Source: an uncultured Microbacterium sp.
GTDB lineage: Bacteria > Actinomycetota > Actinomycetes > Actinomycetales > Microbacteriaceae
Assembly (NCBI GenBank): GCA_964406225.1
Contig: CAYOQY010000001.1
Location: forward strand, 25,382-89,381
Direction of reading: 5' to 3'
Length of the DNA stretch: 64,000 nucleotides
Positions 27,846-38,092 of this stretch are shown here, in pieces. Under the pieces are notes generated by a model. That model was not told the DNA's origin. It saw nothing but the letters and a program-made list of their open reading frames with translations, and made no database searches. Each line of letters opens with the position of its first letter. The first letter of the stretch is position 1. The position numbers and the translations under genes are program-made.

Positions 27846-28919
27846 TCAGACGTTGAAGCGGAATTCCACGACGTCGCCGTCGTGCATGACGTAGTCCTTG
27901 CCCTCCAGGCGCGCCTTGCCCGCCGCGCGGGCGGCGGCGACGGACCCCGCCGCGATCAGGTCGTCGAACGAGATGACCTCGGCTTTGATGAAGCCCTTCT
28001 CGAAGTCCGTGTGGATCACGCCCGCCGCCTGCGGCGCCTTCCAGCCCTTGCCGATCGTCCACGCGCGCGCTTCCTTCGGTCCCGCCGTGAGGTAGGTCTG
28101 AAGGCCCAGCGTGTCGAAGCCGATGCGGGCGAGCTGGTCGAGACCCGACTCCTCCTGACCCGTCGACGCCAGCAGCTCGGCCGCGTCCTCCGGGTCGAGG
28201 TCGATGAGCTCGGACTCGATCTTCGCGTCCAGGAACACGGCGTGTGCGGGCGCGACGAGCGCCTCAAGGGCCTCTTTCGCCGCGGTGTCCGTCAGGATCG
28301 TCTCGTCGACGTTGAAGACGTAGATGTAGGGCTTGGCGGTCAGCAGACCGAGCTCCTTGATCGGGGCGAGGTCGATCCCCGAGTGCGAGAGCAGGATGCC
28401 GCGCTCGAGCGCGTCCTTCGCCGCGAGGGCGGCCTCGAGCACGGCGGGGTCGGACTTCTTGCCCTTGACCTCCTTCTCGATGCGCGGGGTCGCCTTCTCG
28501 AGGGTCTGGAGGTCGGCGAGCTGCAGCTCGGCGTTGATCGTCTCGAGGTCGTTCTGCGGGTTCACGCCGCCCTCGACGTGGACGACGTCGTCGTCGGTGA
28601 AGCCGCGCACGACCTGCGCGATCGCGTCGGCCTCGCGGATGTTCGCGAGGAACTGGTTGCCGAGCCCCTCACCCTCGCTCGCGCCGCGGACGATGCCCGC
28701 GATGTCGACGAACGACACCGTGGCGGGCAGGATCCGCTCGGAGTGGAACACCTCGGCGAGCTTGTCCAGACGCGGGTCCGGCAGCGACACGACGCCGACG
28801 TTCGGCTCGATCGTCGCGAACGGGTAGTTCGCCGCGAGGACGTCGTTCTTGGTCAGTGCGTTGAAGAGGGTGGACTTGCCGACGTTGGGCAGGCCGACGA
28901 TGCCGATAGTGAGAGCCAC
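27846..28919 (-). CDS. ychF: Redox-regulated ATPase YchF
   Basis: GIVGLPNVGKSTLFNALT, NYPFATIEPN, DIAG, GVIHTDF, EGKDY. Confidence 0.98.
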   Translation of the reverse strand: MALTIGIVGLPNVGKSTLFNALTKNDVLAANYPFATIEPNVGVVSLPDPRLDKLAEVFHSERILPATVSFVDIAGIVRGASEGEGLGNQFLANIREADAIAQVVRGFTDDDVVHVEGGVNPQNDLETINAELQLADLQTLEKATPRIEKEVKGKKSDPAVLEAALAAKDALERGILLSHSGIDLAPIKELGLLTAKPYIYVFNVDETILTDTAAKEALEALVAPAHAVFLDAKIESELIDLDPEDAAELLASTGQEESGLDQLARIGFDTLGLQTYLTAGPKEARAWTIGKGWKAPQAAGVIHTDFEKGFIKAEVISFDDLIAAGSVAAARAAGKARLEGKDYVMHDGDVVEFRFNV

Positions 28920-28995
28920 GGGAGTCCAGTCTACGCGGGCGCGCACGCCCTCCCGGAGGCGCCCCCGGCCGAACGGGCGACCCGGCCGGGCGCGA

Positions 28996-29718
28996 TCAGG
29001 CGAGCGTGAAGCGATAGGCCGCCGTGACCCACGGCAGCGGGATCGACTCCCCCGCCGACTCGGGATGCCGCTCGAGCACGTCCTCCACGGCGGCCAGAGT
29101 CTGCGCGCGCTCGCCCGGCGGGAGCAGGGCGAAGTAGCTGCGCGAGCGGACCATGTCGAGGATCCCCGCACGCGTCGTCGGCTGCACCCACTCGATGTAG
29201 GAGCGCCCGGCGACGTCGAAGGGCTCTCCCACCACAGGATCGTCGTCCACTCCGCGGTAGTGGTCTCCGTCGGCACGCATCGCGGTGCCCAGCTCCCTCA
29301 CCCACTCGACGCGCTCGTCGCGGAGGTTCCAGACCAGCCCGAGCACTCCTCCCGATCTCAGCACCCGCGCGGCTTCGCGCGTCGCCTCGGGGACATCGAC
29401 CCAGTGCCACGCCTGCGCGAATGTGAGGGCGTCCGCGGAATCGCCGGGGAGCGGCATCCGCTCGCCGGAGCCGGAGAGCACCTGGATGCCGGGGAGCGTC
29501 GCGCGCAGTGCGGTGCGCATGGCCTCCGACGGCTCCACCGCGATCACGGTACGGCCCGGACGGGCGAGCAGCCGGGTGAACTTCCCCGTACCGGCACCCA
29601 CGTCGACCACGACGGCCACGTCGTCCGGGACGAGCCACGCGACCGCCTCAGCCGGATACGACGGGCGCGCCGCGTCGAACCCGGCGGCGACCGCGTCGAA
29701 CGAGGACGGGTCCGTCAC
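28996..29718 (-). CDS. Class I SAM-dependent methyltransferase
   Basis: RPSYP, DVGAGTGKFT, AQAWHWVD, LVWN, SRSY. Confidence 0.9.
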   Translation of the reverse strand: MTDPSSFDAVAAGFDAARPSYPAEAVAWLVPDDVAVVVDVGAGTGKFTRLLARPGRTVIAVEPSEAMRTALRATLPGIQVLSGSGERMPLPGDSADALTFAQAWHWVDVPEATREAARVLRSGGVLGLVWNLRDERVEWVRELGTAMRADGDHYRGVDDDPVVGEPFDVAGRSYIEWVQPTTRAGILDMVRSRSYFALLPPGERAQTLAAVEDVLERHPESAGESIPLPWVTAAYRFTLA

Positions 29719-30464
29719 GGGCGGACGGCCCGATACGCCCGTGTCACGTACGGCAGGTCGACGACCTTGTCGCCCACGGCTCCGATGTCGTCGAGCAGCT
29801 CGTTCAGCCCGGCCTCGATCTGCGCGCGCACGTCGGGCGGCGCGGTGATGATGTAGCTGCGAGAGCGCGCCATCGCGAGCATCGTGTCGCGGTTCATCGG
29901 ACGGACCCACCGCCATTCGGCGCGTTCGACGTCGCCGAACGGAGCCCCGAGCACGGGGTCGCCGTCCGCGAGCATCTCCTCCGCGTGACTGCCGTGCATG
30001 ATCTGCGTGAGCCGCGCGACCCACGGCACGGTGTCGTCGCGCACGTTCCAGACCAGTCCGAGAACACCGCCGGGCCGCAGCACGCGCGCCGCTTCGGCCG
30101 CACCGCGGACCGGATCGACCCAGTGCCACGCCTGACCGAGCACGACGGCATCCACACCGGCATCCGGGAGCGGAAGACGCTCAGCCGACCCCACGAACGT
30201 CGGAACGGCGTGCACGTTCGCCCGCAGCGTCTGAAGCATCTTCGGGTCGGGGTCGACGGCGACCACCTCGGCGCCGAGCTCCTGCAGTGCGCGCGTGAGC
30301 TTGCCGGTGCCGGCTCCCACGTCGGCCACGCGGATGCGGCGCTCGCCGCCCACGACGGGTTGCAGCATCCAGTCGACGGCCTGGATCGGGTAGTCGGGGC
30401 GACCTGTCTCGTACACGTCGGCGGCGGAGCCGAACGACGTCGCCATCTCTTCTTCGCTGGCCAT
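29715..30464 (-). CDS. Class I SAM-dependent methyltransferase (tandem paralog)
   Basis: RPDYP, DVGAGTGKLT, GQAWHWVD, LVWN, SRSY. Confidence 0.9.
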   Translation of the reverse strand: MASEEEMATSFGSAADVYETGRPDYPIQAVDWMLQPVVGGERRIRVADVGAGTGKLTRALQELGAEVVAVDPDPKMLQTLRANVHAVPTFVGSAERLPLPDAGVDAVVLGQAWHWVDPVRGAAEAARVLRPGGVLGLVWNVRDDTVPWVARLTQIMHGSHAEEMLADGDPVLGAPFGDVERAEWRWVRPMNRDTMLAMARSRSYIITAPPDVRAQIEAGLNELLDDIGAVGDKVVDLPYVTRAYRAVRP

Positions 30465-30589
30465 GGGTCCGAACCTACCCCCGCGGCATCGGCCGCACAT
30501 CGGACGTTCGTCCCACGGGACGCCTCGCTCTCGTGCGGCCACCGGCGCGCCTCCACCGGGCGAAGGCGCATCGCGGCGACGCTGGGGTC

Positions 30590-31221
30590 GTGCCCTTGGA
30601 CTTCACCGCGATCGACTTCGAGACGGCGAACTCCAGCAATGCGTCGGCGTGCGCCGTCGGGCTCGCCCGCGTGCGCGACGGTCAGGTGGTGGCGACGGCC
30701 GGCTGGCTCATCCAACCGCCCCCGGGACACGACCGCTTCTTCGAGCTCAACACGCGCATCCACGGGATCACCGCCGACGACGTCACGCACGCCAAGTCGT
30801 GGAGTGCGCAGCTCGGCGACCTCGCCGCGTTCGCCGGCGCGGATGTGCTCGTCGCCCACAACGCCGGCTTCGACATGACCGTGCTCCGGCGGGCGTGCGA
30901 GGCCACCGGAGACCGGCATCCGCCCTACGAGTACGTGTGCAGCCTTCAGGTCGCCCGCAAGCTGTACGACCTGGACTCCTACCGTCTCCCCTCCGTCGCC
31001 GCCGCGGCGGGTTCATCGACTTCGCCCATCACGACGCGGCCGCCGACGCCCTCGCGTGCGCGCACATCATCATCCATGCCGCGCAGCTCGTGGGCGCGCG
31101 CGACATCCGCGCACTCGCTGAGGCCGCCGCCGTGCGTGTGTCGCGCAGTCACGCCCCGGAACCCGTCGAGACCGTCGACGCCCCGCCCGCGGCACCGACA
31201 CTCGTCGGCGCCGTCGCCTGA
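30590..31221 (+). pseudogene. DEDDh 3'-5' exonuclease (DnaQ-like), frameshift near 31010
   Basis: IDFETAN and AHNAGFD in one frame, HHDAAADA (ExoIII) in another; one G missing in GCGGGTTC. Confidence 0.85.
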
Positions 31222-31257
31222 CCCGACATCGGTTCGACACGCCTGCCCTCCCGGCGA

Positions 31258-31279
31258 TGTCGCAGGCGCCCGGCATCCT
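31258..31279 (+). promoter_or_regulatory. Imperfect PafBC/RecA-NDp-like promoter before rmuC
   Basis: TGTCGC-N10-CATCCT, 7 nt before ATG. Confidence 0.4.
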
Positions 31280-31286
31280 GGTCGAC

Positions 31287-32645
31287 ATGGACGCACTCAC
31301 CCTGTCGATCGTCGTCATCGGCTGTCTCGCGGCCGGGCTCCTGGCGGGCTGGTTCGCCGGTGCGGCGCGCGCCACCACGCGGGCCGCGCAGAACGGAGCC
31401 GACCTGCGCGCGCGGCTGGCCGCGAGCGAGGCCAGCCGTCAGGGCGTGCAGGCTCAACTCGAGCATCAGCACGTGCTGTACCGCGAGCTCGCGGCCCAGG
31501 CGCGCAGCGATCAGGCGCTCAGAGAGGAGCGCGAGCGCCGCGAGCAAGCCGTGCTGCGCGCGCTCGCGCCCGTCCACGAGACCCTGCAGACCATGCAGAC
31601 CAAGGTCGACGACCTCGAGCGCGACCGGCACGCGCAGTTCGGCTCGCTCGCCGAGCAGCTGCGGCAGGCGCAGCGCTCCGATGAGGCGCTGCGCGCCACG
31701 ACCGAGTCTCTGGCGAGTGCCCTGCGCTCGGGCAGCACGCGCGGCGTCTGGGGCGAGACGCAGTTGCGCCGTGTGGTCGAAGCGGCGGGCCTCACGCGCT
31801 ACATCGACTTCGACACGCAGTCCTCGATCACCTCGGATGCCGGGGCCGGGCGCCCCGATATGGTCATCCGTCTTCCCGGCGAGAAGGCGATCGCGGTCGA
31901 CGCCAAGGTGCCGCTGGATGCCTACCTCGAAGCGAGCGCCATTCCGCTGACCGCTGCGGGTGCGGAGGGCGCACGACGCAAGGCGTTGATCGAGAAGCAC
32001 GTCAAGGCCGTGCGGGCGCATATCGACGCCCTCGCCCGCAAGACCTACTGGGCGGGTCTGAGCTCGAGTCCCGAGTTCGTCGTGTGCTTCGTGCCGAGTG
32101 AGTCGCTTCTCTCGGCGGCGCTGGAGGAAGACCCCTCGCTGCTGGACTACGCGTTCGGCAAGCGCGTGGCGCTCGCCTCGCCGGTCAACCTGTGGGCGGT
32201 GCTCAAGACGGTGGCCTTCACCTGGACCCAGCAGGACGTCTCCCAGGAGGCCCGCGCGCTGTTCGCTCTCGGCAACGAGCTCTACGAGCGGCTCTCCACC
32301 CTCGCGGGCCACGCCGACGATCTGCGCCGCGCGATCGAGCGCACCGTCGACAGCTACAACCGGTTCGCCGGCTCCCTCGAGTCGAGGGTGCTCGTGACGG
32401 CACGGCGGTTCCCCGGCATCGATCAGACCAAGCTCGACGCCCTCGCACAGCCGACGGTCATCGAGAAGACGCCGCGACGTCTGACGGCATCCGAGCTGCT
32501 CGATGTCCCCCTGGGTCAGGAGGACGCGTCATCGACGGGCGCCCACATCGCGACGGATTCCTGTGAACCCGACGCGGAGGACGATCTGCACGTCACCGCG
32601 GACCTGGGCGATGTGCGCGCACGCATCGCACCCGGCGCGGACTGA
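31287..32645 (+). CDS. rmuC: DNA recombination protein RmuC
   Basis: N-terminal TM, coiled coil, RGVWGETQL, RPDMVIRLPG, VDAKVPL, FVVCFVPSE. Confidence 0.95.
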   Translation: MDALTLSIVVIGCLAAGLLAGWFAGAARATTRAAQNGADLRARLAASEASRQGVQAQLEHQHVLYRELAAQARSDQALREERERREQAVLRALAPVHETLQTMQTKVDDLERDRHAQFGSLAEQLRQAQRSDEALRATTESLASALRSGSTRGVWGETQLRRVVEAAGLTRYIDFDTQSSITSDAGAGRPDMVIRLPGEKAIAVDAKVPLDAYLEASAIPLTAAGAEGARRKALIEKHVKAVRAHIDALARKTYWAGLSSSPEFVVCFVPSESLLSAALEEDPSLLDYAFGKRVALASPVNLWAVLKTVAFTWTQQDVSQEARALFALGNELYERLSTLAGHADDLRRAIERTVDSYNRFAGSLESRVLVTARRFPGIDQTKLDALAQPTVIEKTPRRLTASELLDVPLGQEDASSTGAHIATDSCEPDAEDDLHVTADLGDVRARIAPGAD

Positions 32646-32648
32646 ACG

Positions 32649-32888
32649 TCAGGCGCCGCCCGGCACGAAGCTGAGCAGGGCGATCACTGCCACCGAAACG
32701 GCGACGAAGGCGCCGATCATCCACCACGCCGACACCTGGTGGTCCTCGTCGCGCCGGACACGGAACAGAACATCGGGGCGACGTGCCGGGTCCGTGGCAT
32801 CCGCGACGACCGCGATCGCCCCTGTCTGCGGCTTCGCGCCGCTGGACGGCTTCTGTGTGGACTGCACCGGAATCGGCTGTGCTGACAT
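32649..32888 (-). CDS. Small protein with C-terminal TM helix
   Basis: GAGGGG RBS; MSAQPIP...WWMIGAFVAVSVAVIALL. Confidence 0.7.
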   Translation of the reverse strand: MSAQPIPVQSTQKPSSGAKPQTGAIAVVADATDPARRPDVLFRVRRDEDHQVSAWWMIGAFVAVSVAVIALLSFVPGGA

Positions 32889-33040
32889 GGTCAACCCCCT
32901 CGGGTCTGAGAACGCTCGTGCGTCCTCATCGACACCGGTTCGATTCTGCCAGACATGCCGGCCGGCGCGCGTAACGACCCCGTCAAGGCTGACAGGAGCG
33001 TCAGCCGTCACACAGGCCGAAACGGATCGAGGAACTCTCC

Positions 33041-34030
33041 TCAGAGCCACTTCGAGGTGAGGTGCTCCGACACGATGCGGCGCAACGTGCCCGACCGTCC
33101 CCGCAGCACGACGCTCTCGCTGTAGATGAAGTCGCCTTCGCGTCGGACGCCCGCGACCAGCTGACCGTCGGTCACACCGGTGGCGACGAAGATCGTGTTC
33201 TGACCGGTGACGAGCTCATCGGCCTCGTACACGTGACCGTCGGTCTTGAGACCGTGGTCGGCGCCCTTCTGCTTCTCGTCGTCGTCGCGCGGCCAGAGGA
33301 TGCCCTGGATGTGGCCGCCGAGCGCCTTGATCGCGCACGCGGTCACGATGCCCTCGGGGCTGCCCCCCACGCCGACGCACATGTCGGTGCGGGCGTTGTG
33401 ACGCGCGGCGTTGATGCCGCCGGCGACGTCGCCGTCGGACATGAGGCGTGTCCCCGCGCCGGCGGCGCGGATGTCGGCGATCAGCTGCTCGTGGCGCGGA
33501 CGGTTGAGCACCGAGACGACCATCTCGTCGATCGGCTTGCCGAGCGCTTTGGCCAGCAGGCGGATGTTCTCGCCGATCGGGAGGCGGATGTCGACGACGC
33601 CGACCCCGGCGGGACCCGTGACGAGCTTGTCCATGTAGAAGACGGTGGACGCGTCGAGCATGCTGCCCCGGTCGGACACCGCGATGACCGACAGGGCGTT
33701 CTGGCGCCCCGCCGCGGTGAGCGACGTGCCGTCGATCGGGTCGACGGCCACGTCGCACTGCGGGCCCCGGCCGTTGCCGACCTTCTCGCCGTTGAACAGC
33801 ATGGGCGCTTCGTCCTTCTCGCCCTCGCCGATCACGATCGTCCCGTCGAAGTTCACCGTGGCGAAGAACGCGCGCATCGCATCGACGGCGGCGGCATCGG
33901 CGGCCAGCTTGTCCCCCCGTCCGATGAACGGCACGGCGCGGATCGCGGCGGCCTCGGTCGCGCGCACGAGTTCCAGCGCGAGGTTGCGGTCGGGGTGCAG
34001 CGGACTCATGTCCGCGGTAAGGCTCACCAT
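33041..34030 (-). CDS. glpX: Fructose-1,6-bisphosphatase class II
   Basis: VIGEGEKDEAPML, AVDPIDGT, YMDKL, DGDV, GVGGSPEG, ATGVTDG. Confidence 0.97.
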   Translation of the reverse strand: MVSLTADMSPLHPDRNLALELVRATEAAAIRAVPFIGRGDKLAADAAAVDAMRAFFATVNFDGTIVIGEGEKDEAPMLFNGEKVGNGRGPQCDVAVDPIDGTSLTAAGRQNALSVIAVSDRGSMLDASTVFYMDKLVTGPAGVGVVDIRLPIGENIRLLAKALGKPIDEMVVSVLNRPRHEQLIADIRAAGAGTRLMSDGDVAGGINAARHNARTDMCVGVGGSPEGIVTACAIKALGGHIQGILWPRDDDEKQKGADHGLKTDGHVYEADELVTGQNTIFVATGVTDGQLVAGVRREGDFIYSESVVLRGRSGTLRRIVSEHLTSKWL

Positions 34031-34136
34031 GACGTCAGCCTAGCCAGGCGCGGGCCCGCCGACCGGGCAAAGCCCGACCGGCGGGGCGAAGGAATCGCGA
34101 TTCTTGCGCTTACGGCAGAAGCCGCACCCGAGGACA

Positions 34137-35591
34137 TCACGCGGCGGCACCTCCGACGAGCAGCCACACGACGAACGTGAGGAGGAACCCGACGACACCG
34201 AGCACGGTCGTGAGCACCGTCCACGTGCGCAGGCCGTCCGAGACGTTCAGTCCCAGGTAGCGCGTGACGACCCAGAACCCGGAGTCGTTCACGTGCGAGA
34301 GGCCGAGCGCGCCGAACGCGATCGCGAGGGTGATCACGACGATCTGGATCGGGCTGAAGCCCCCGGACGCGACCGCTTCGGACAGGAGTCCGGCCGTCGT
34401 CAGGATCGCGACCGTCGCCGAGCCCTGAGCGGCTCGCAGTGCGAGCGAGACGAGGAAGGCGAGCAGGATGAGCGGCAGACCGGTGGCGAGCAGCGTGTCG
34501 GCGAGTGCACGGCCGATGCCCGACTCGGTGAGGATGCGGGCGAACGCGCCGCCGGCACCCGTGACGAGGATCACGATCGCCGCGGGCGGCAGAGCGGACT
34601 CGAACACGTCCGAGATGTGCGCGCTGCTCCAGCCGCGACGGATGCCGAGGAAGAAGCCCGCGAGCAGCACGGTGACCAGGAGCGCGAAGATCGGCGCGCC
34701 GATGAAGCCCAGGATGTCGCGCGCCGGCGAGCCGGCGGGGAGGACCGTCGCAGCCGTCGTGCCGAGGCCGATCATGACGAGCGGCGTGAGGATCAGCGTG
34801 AGGATCATCGCGGCCGACGGCGGCGCCTCGGTGCGCGTGAGGGTTCCGGTCATGGTCGTGCCCGGTCCGACGCCGGCGATGCCGGTGTCGTCCCCGCCGC
34901 CGAAGTCCTCGAACATCACCTTGGTCGAGGCGAGCATCGGGTAGTCCTTGCGGTTGAGCCACTTCGACACGAAGTGCGACAGCACCCCGAGCGGGATCGC
35001 GATCGCGATGCCCAGCAGTGTCAGCATCCCCACGTCCGCGCCGAGCAGCGATGCGCCGCCGACGACGCCCGGGTGCGGCGGCACCGCAACGTGGACGGCG
35101 AGCATGACACCGGCGATCGGCAGGCCGAACTTGACCGGGTTGAGGCCGGCGGCGTGGCTGAAGCCGTAGATGATCGGCACGAGGATGATGAAGCCGACGT
35201 CGAAGAAGACGGGGATCGCGAGGATGAGGGCGGCCGCGGTGAGCGCGCCCGACACCCGACGGGGCCCGAGGAGCTTCGTGAAGCGTCCCGACAGGCTCGC
35301 AGCGCCGCCCGAGAGCTCGATGATGCGGCCGAGCATGGAGCCGAGCGCGACCAGGATCGCGACCGAGCCGAGCGTGCCGCCCATCCCCGCGATGATCGCG
35401 GGGATGATGCCGAGCTTCTCAGGGGTGTCTTCCGTGGCGGGGATCGTCGCGAGCGGGATGCCGGCCGCGAGGCCCACCAGGATGCTCGTGATCAGCAGGG
35501 CGAGGAAGGCGTTGACTTTGAACTTCACGATCAGCAGGAGCAGAAGCAGGATGCCTCCGACTCCGATCGCGAGCAGGACGGGAACGGGCAT
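34137..35591 (-). CDS. GntP family permease
   Basis: PVFFDVG, PPHPG, TGAGGAF, AQGSATVA, SHVNDSGFW. Confidence 0.95.
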   Translation of the reverse strand: MPVPVLLAIGVGGILLLLLLIVKFKVNAFLALLITSILVGLAAGIPLATIPATEDTPEKLGIIPAIIAGMGGTLGSVAILVALGSMLGRIIELSGGAASLSGRFTKLLGPRRVSGALTAAALILAIPVFFDVGFIILVPIIYGFSHAAGLNPVKFGLPIAGVMLAVHVAVPPHPGVVGGASLLGADVGMLTLLGIAIAIPLGVLSHFVSKWLNRKDYPMLASTKVMFEDFGGGDDTGIAGVGPGTTMTGTLTRTEAPPSAAMILTLILTPLVMIGLGTTAATVLPAGSPARDILGFIGAPIFALLVTVLLAGFFLGIRRGWSSAHISDVFESALPPAAIVILVTGAGGAFARILTESGIGRALADTLLATGLPLILLAFLVSLALRAAQGSATVAILTTAGLLSEAVASGGFSPIQIVVITLAIAFGALGLSHVNDSGFWVVTRYLGLNVSDGLRTWTVLTTVLGVVGFLLTFVVWLLVGGAAA

Positions 35592-35621
35592 GGCGGTGTC
35601 TCCTTCGACGGGGGGGTGGGA

Positions 35622-36530
35622 TCAGGCGGGGATCGGGGCGGTGCGCCGTTCGGGCGCGATCACCCTGATGACGGCGGAATCGTCGTGGGCGGCCAGACCC
35701 TGCGCCTCGCCGATGAGGTAGAGCTGCTCGGCCGCCGCGGCGACGGGGGTGGCCAGGTGCGCGGCGCGGGCGGCCTTCGTGACGATGCCCATGTCCTTGA
35801 CGAAGATGTCGAGGCGGCTGAGCACCTCCGCACCGTCGGCGTCGTACGCCTGGAGCGCGCGCGGACCGCGGTTGGCCAGCATGAACGACGCCGCGGCGCC
35901 GGCACCGAGCGCCTCCAGGGTGCGCTCGGTGTCCAAGCCGAGGGCGTCGGCGAGCGCGAGCGCCTCGGCGGCGGCGGCGATGTGCACGCCGCACAGCAGC
36001 TGGTTGACGGTCTTGAGCGCCTGCCCGTCGCCGGGGCGGTCCCCGACGACGGTGAGCGTGGAGGCGAGCCGGTCCAGGACGGGGGCGGCCTTCGCCCGGG
36101 CGTCGGGGGTGGCCCCGATGACGATGAGCAGATCCCCGGCGCCGGCGCGCGCCGGTCCCCCGCTGAGCGGCGCGTCGACGAGGTCGACGCCGAACTCCGA
36201 GAGCCGGGCGACGATCTCGGCGAGTCCGTCGGTGCCGACCGTGCTGGTGAGGATCACGATCGACCCGCGCGACAGGCTCGGCGCGATGCCGTTCTCGCCG
36301 AACAGCACGTCCGAGAGCTGCGCCGAGTCGCGCACGGCGAGCAGGACCGCATCGGCGGTCGAGACGGCCTCGACGGCGGACGCACAGCGCACGATGCCGG
36401 CTTCCTCGGCGAGGTCGAGGCGGGCGGGATTGATGTCGAATCCGCGGACGGCAAGGTCTTCCGCGAGCCGGGTGGCCATGGGAAGACCCATGGCGCCGAG
36501 CCCGAGGACGGCGACGGTGGGCTTGGTCAT
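35622..36530 (-). CDS. 3-hydroxyacid dehydrogenase, LtnD (L-threonate dehydrogenase)-like
   Basis: GLGAMG, DAPLSGG, KTVNQLLCGVHIAAAAEA, DIFVKDMGIV. Confidence 0.88.
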   Translation of the reverse strand: MTKPTVAVLGLGAMGLPMATRLAEDLAVRGFDINPARLDLAEEAGIVRCASAVEAVSTADAVLLAVRDSAQLSDVLFGENGIAPSLSRGSIVILTSTVGTDGLAEIVARLSEFGVDLVDAPLSGGPARAGAGDLLIVIGATPDARAKAAPVLDRLASTLTVVGDRPGDGQALKTVNQLLCGVHIAAAAEALALADALGLDTERTLEALGAGAAASFMLANRGPRALQAYDADGAEVLSRLDIFVKDMGIVTKAARAAHLATPVAAAAEQLYLIGEAQGLAAHDDSAVIRVIAPERRTAPIPA

Positions 36531-36550
36531 GAGGATGCCTTTCGTGGTGC

Positions 36551-37993
36551 TCAGCGACGAGCGGTGGAGGGGGATGCGGGAGCCGAGAGCTTCTCGACCG
36601 CCTCGGTCAGGGTGGTGTCGGAGCCGACGTTGCCGGCGAAGACGATGTACGGGATGCCGGCGGCGGGTCCCTCGGCGGGCTCCCACACCGAGACGATGCC
36701 CGGGAACAGCGATCCGCGGACGATCGCACGGCGGATGGACAGACCACGACTCGCGACGTCGCTCGAGGTGATGCCGCCCTTCGCGATCACGAACCGCGGC
36801 GGCCGCGCGGCGAGCGTGCGGCTCACGACCGCGACGAGGGCGTCCGAGACCTTGCGGGAGATCGCGAGACTCTCGTCGGGGTCGTCCGTCCGGACGAGGG
36901 TGCGACTGGAGTGCACGATGACATCGCCGTCCTCGAGAGAGCGGACGACCCGGTCGACGGCGGCATCGAGGGTCGCGGCGGCCGTCGAGTCGTCGAGGAT
37001 CGACGGCACGTCGAGCTCGACGACGACGGCATCGGACCGGCGCGCCGTCAGGTCGGCGAGCTGGCGGCTCGTGAGGCCCACGTGGGAGCCGACGACGATG
37101 AGCCCTCCGCGGGTCGTCGCAGAGGCGGCATCCGCGTCGTCGATCTCCAGGGGGGAACGCGGAGCCTGCCCGATCCGGGCGCGTACGAACGGCGGGCCGA
37201 CGCGGTACACGAAGCTGCGTCCGCTCGCCTCCGCGAGTTCGAGGCCGAGCGCGAGCTGACGCATGTCGTCCTCCACGACGACATCGGCGGCGAACACCGA
37301 GCCGGGCGCGGCCGATGACAGCGCCTCGGCGATGCACTCGGCGCCCGCGCGGATCGTGTCGAGGGTGAGCTCGACGACCTGTGCGGCGGCGATGCGGCCG
37401 TCGCTCTTCTCCTCGACCCAGTCGGCGAGTCGAGAGGAGCGGTAGCCGAACGTGGAATCCCCGGCGAACTCGGTGTCGCCGATGGGTGTGAAACCGCCGT
37501 CGGTCGCCATGCCGTGTACGCCCCCGATCGTGATGCGCCCCGCATCGGGGAATGCGGGCACGAGCACGACGCCGTCGACGGCGGGTTCGCCGAGTTCGGC
37601 GAGCGTCGTGGCGATCACGTCGGGCTCGAGCGGGAAGTGACCCCGCAGCGTCGAGTCGCCCCGGCTGGTGAAGACCGGGCGGATGCCGCGGGCCCGAGCC
37701 GCGGCCACGGCGGCGGTGACGACCTCACGGTTGATGCGCGCGGCGGTCTCGGCGTCGAAGCTGCGGGAGTTCGTCAGCACGTAGATCGCCGGTGCGCCCG
37801 TGTCGAGCGCCCAGTCGAAGTCCGCGATCTCCCACTGGGTGAGCACGGGCAGGTCGGCGACGGACTGCGTGCCCGTGGGGTCGTCATCGAGGACGATGTG
37901 CACGCGCTGCGCGCGGCGGACGCGGTCCGCGATCACCGCGGGATCGGCGGACCGTGCGGCAGGGTAGGCCGCCAGAAGGGACTCGAGCGTCAT
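36551..37993 (-). CDS. Four-carbon acid sugar kinase (DUF1537 family)
   Basis: LDDDPTGTQ, TNSRS, RGDSTLRGH, PAFPDAGRIT, VGSH, AKGGITSSD, FAGNVG. Confidence 0.93.
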   Translation of the reverse strand: MTLESLLAAYPAARSADPAVIADRVRRAQRVHIVLDDDPTGTQSVADLPVLTQWEIADFDWALDTGAPAIYVLTNSRSFDAETAARINREVVTAAVAAARARGIRPVFTSRGDSTLRGHFPLEPDVIATTLAELGEPAVDGVVLVPAFPDAGRITIGGVHGMATDGGFTPIGDTEFAGDSTFGYRSSRLADWVEEKSDGRIAAAQVVELTLDTIRAGAECIAEALSSAAPGSVFAADVVVEDDMRQLALGLELAEASGRSFVYRVGPPFVRARIGQAPRSPLEIDDADAASATTRGGLIVVGSHVGLTSRQLADLTARRSDAVVVELDVPSILDDSTAAATLDAAVDRVVRSLEDGDVIVHSSRTLVRTDDPDESLAISRKVSDALVAVVSRTLAARPPRFVIAKGGITSSDVASRGLSIRRAIVRGSLFPGIVSVWEPAEGPAAGIPYIVFAGNVGSDTTLTEAVEKLSAPASPSTARR

Positions 37994-38042
37994 CGCAACT
38001 CCATCGTCTGCTGAACATCTTCGTCAGAAACCTGCTGTCAGG

Positions 38043-38080
38043 TGTCATACAGGTTGCCAGATGAGCATCCGCCGTGTCAA
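38043..38080 (-). promoter_or_regulatory. Putative promoter and FadR-type operator of the kinase operon
   Basis: TTGACA on minus strand (38075-38080); TGT-N3-ACA palindrome at 38043-38051. Confidence 0.4.
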
Positions 38081-38092
38081 CCCCTCCCCGCC

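Noticed and set aside
34104-37259. 1051-aa ORF
   Set aside because: Antisense to the GntP, dehydrogenase and kinase genes; no recognisable domain.
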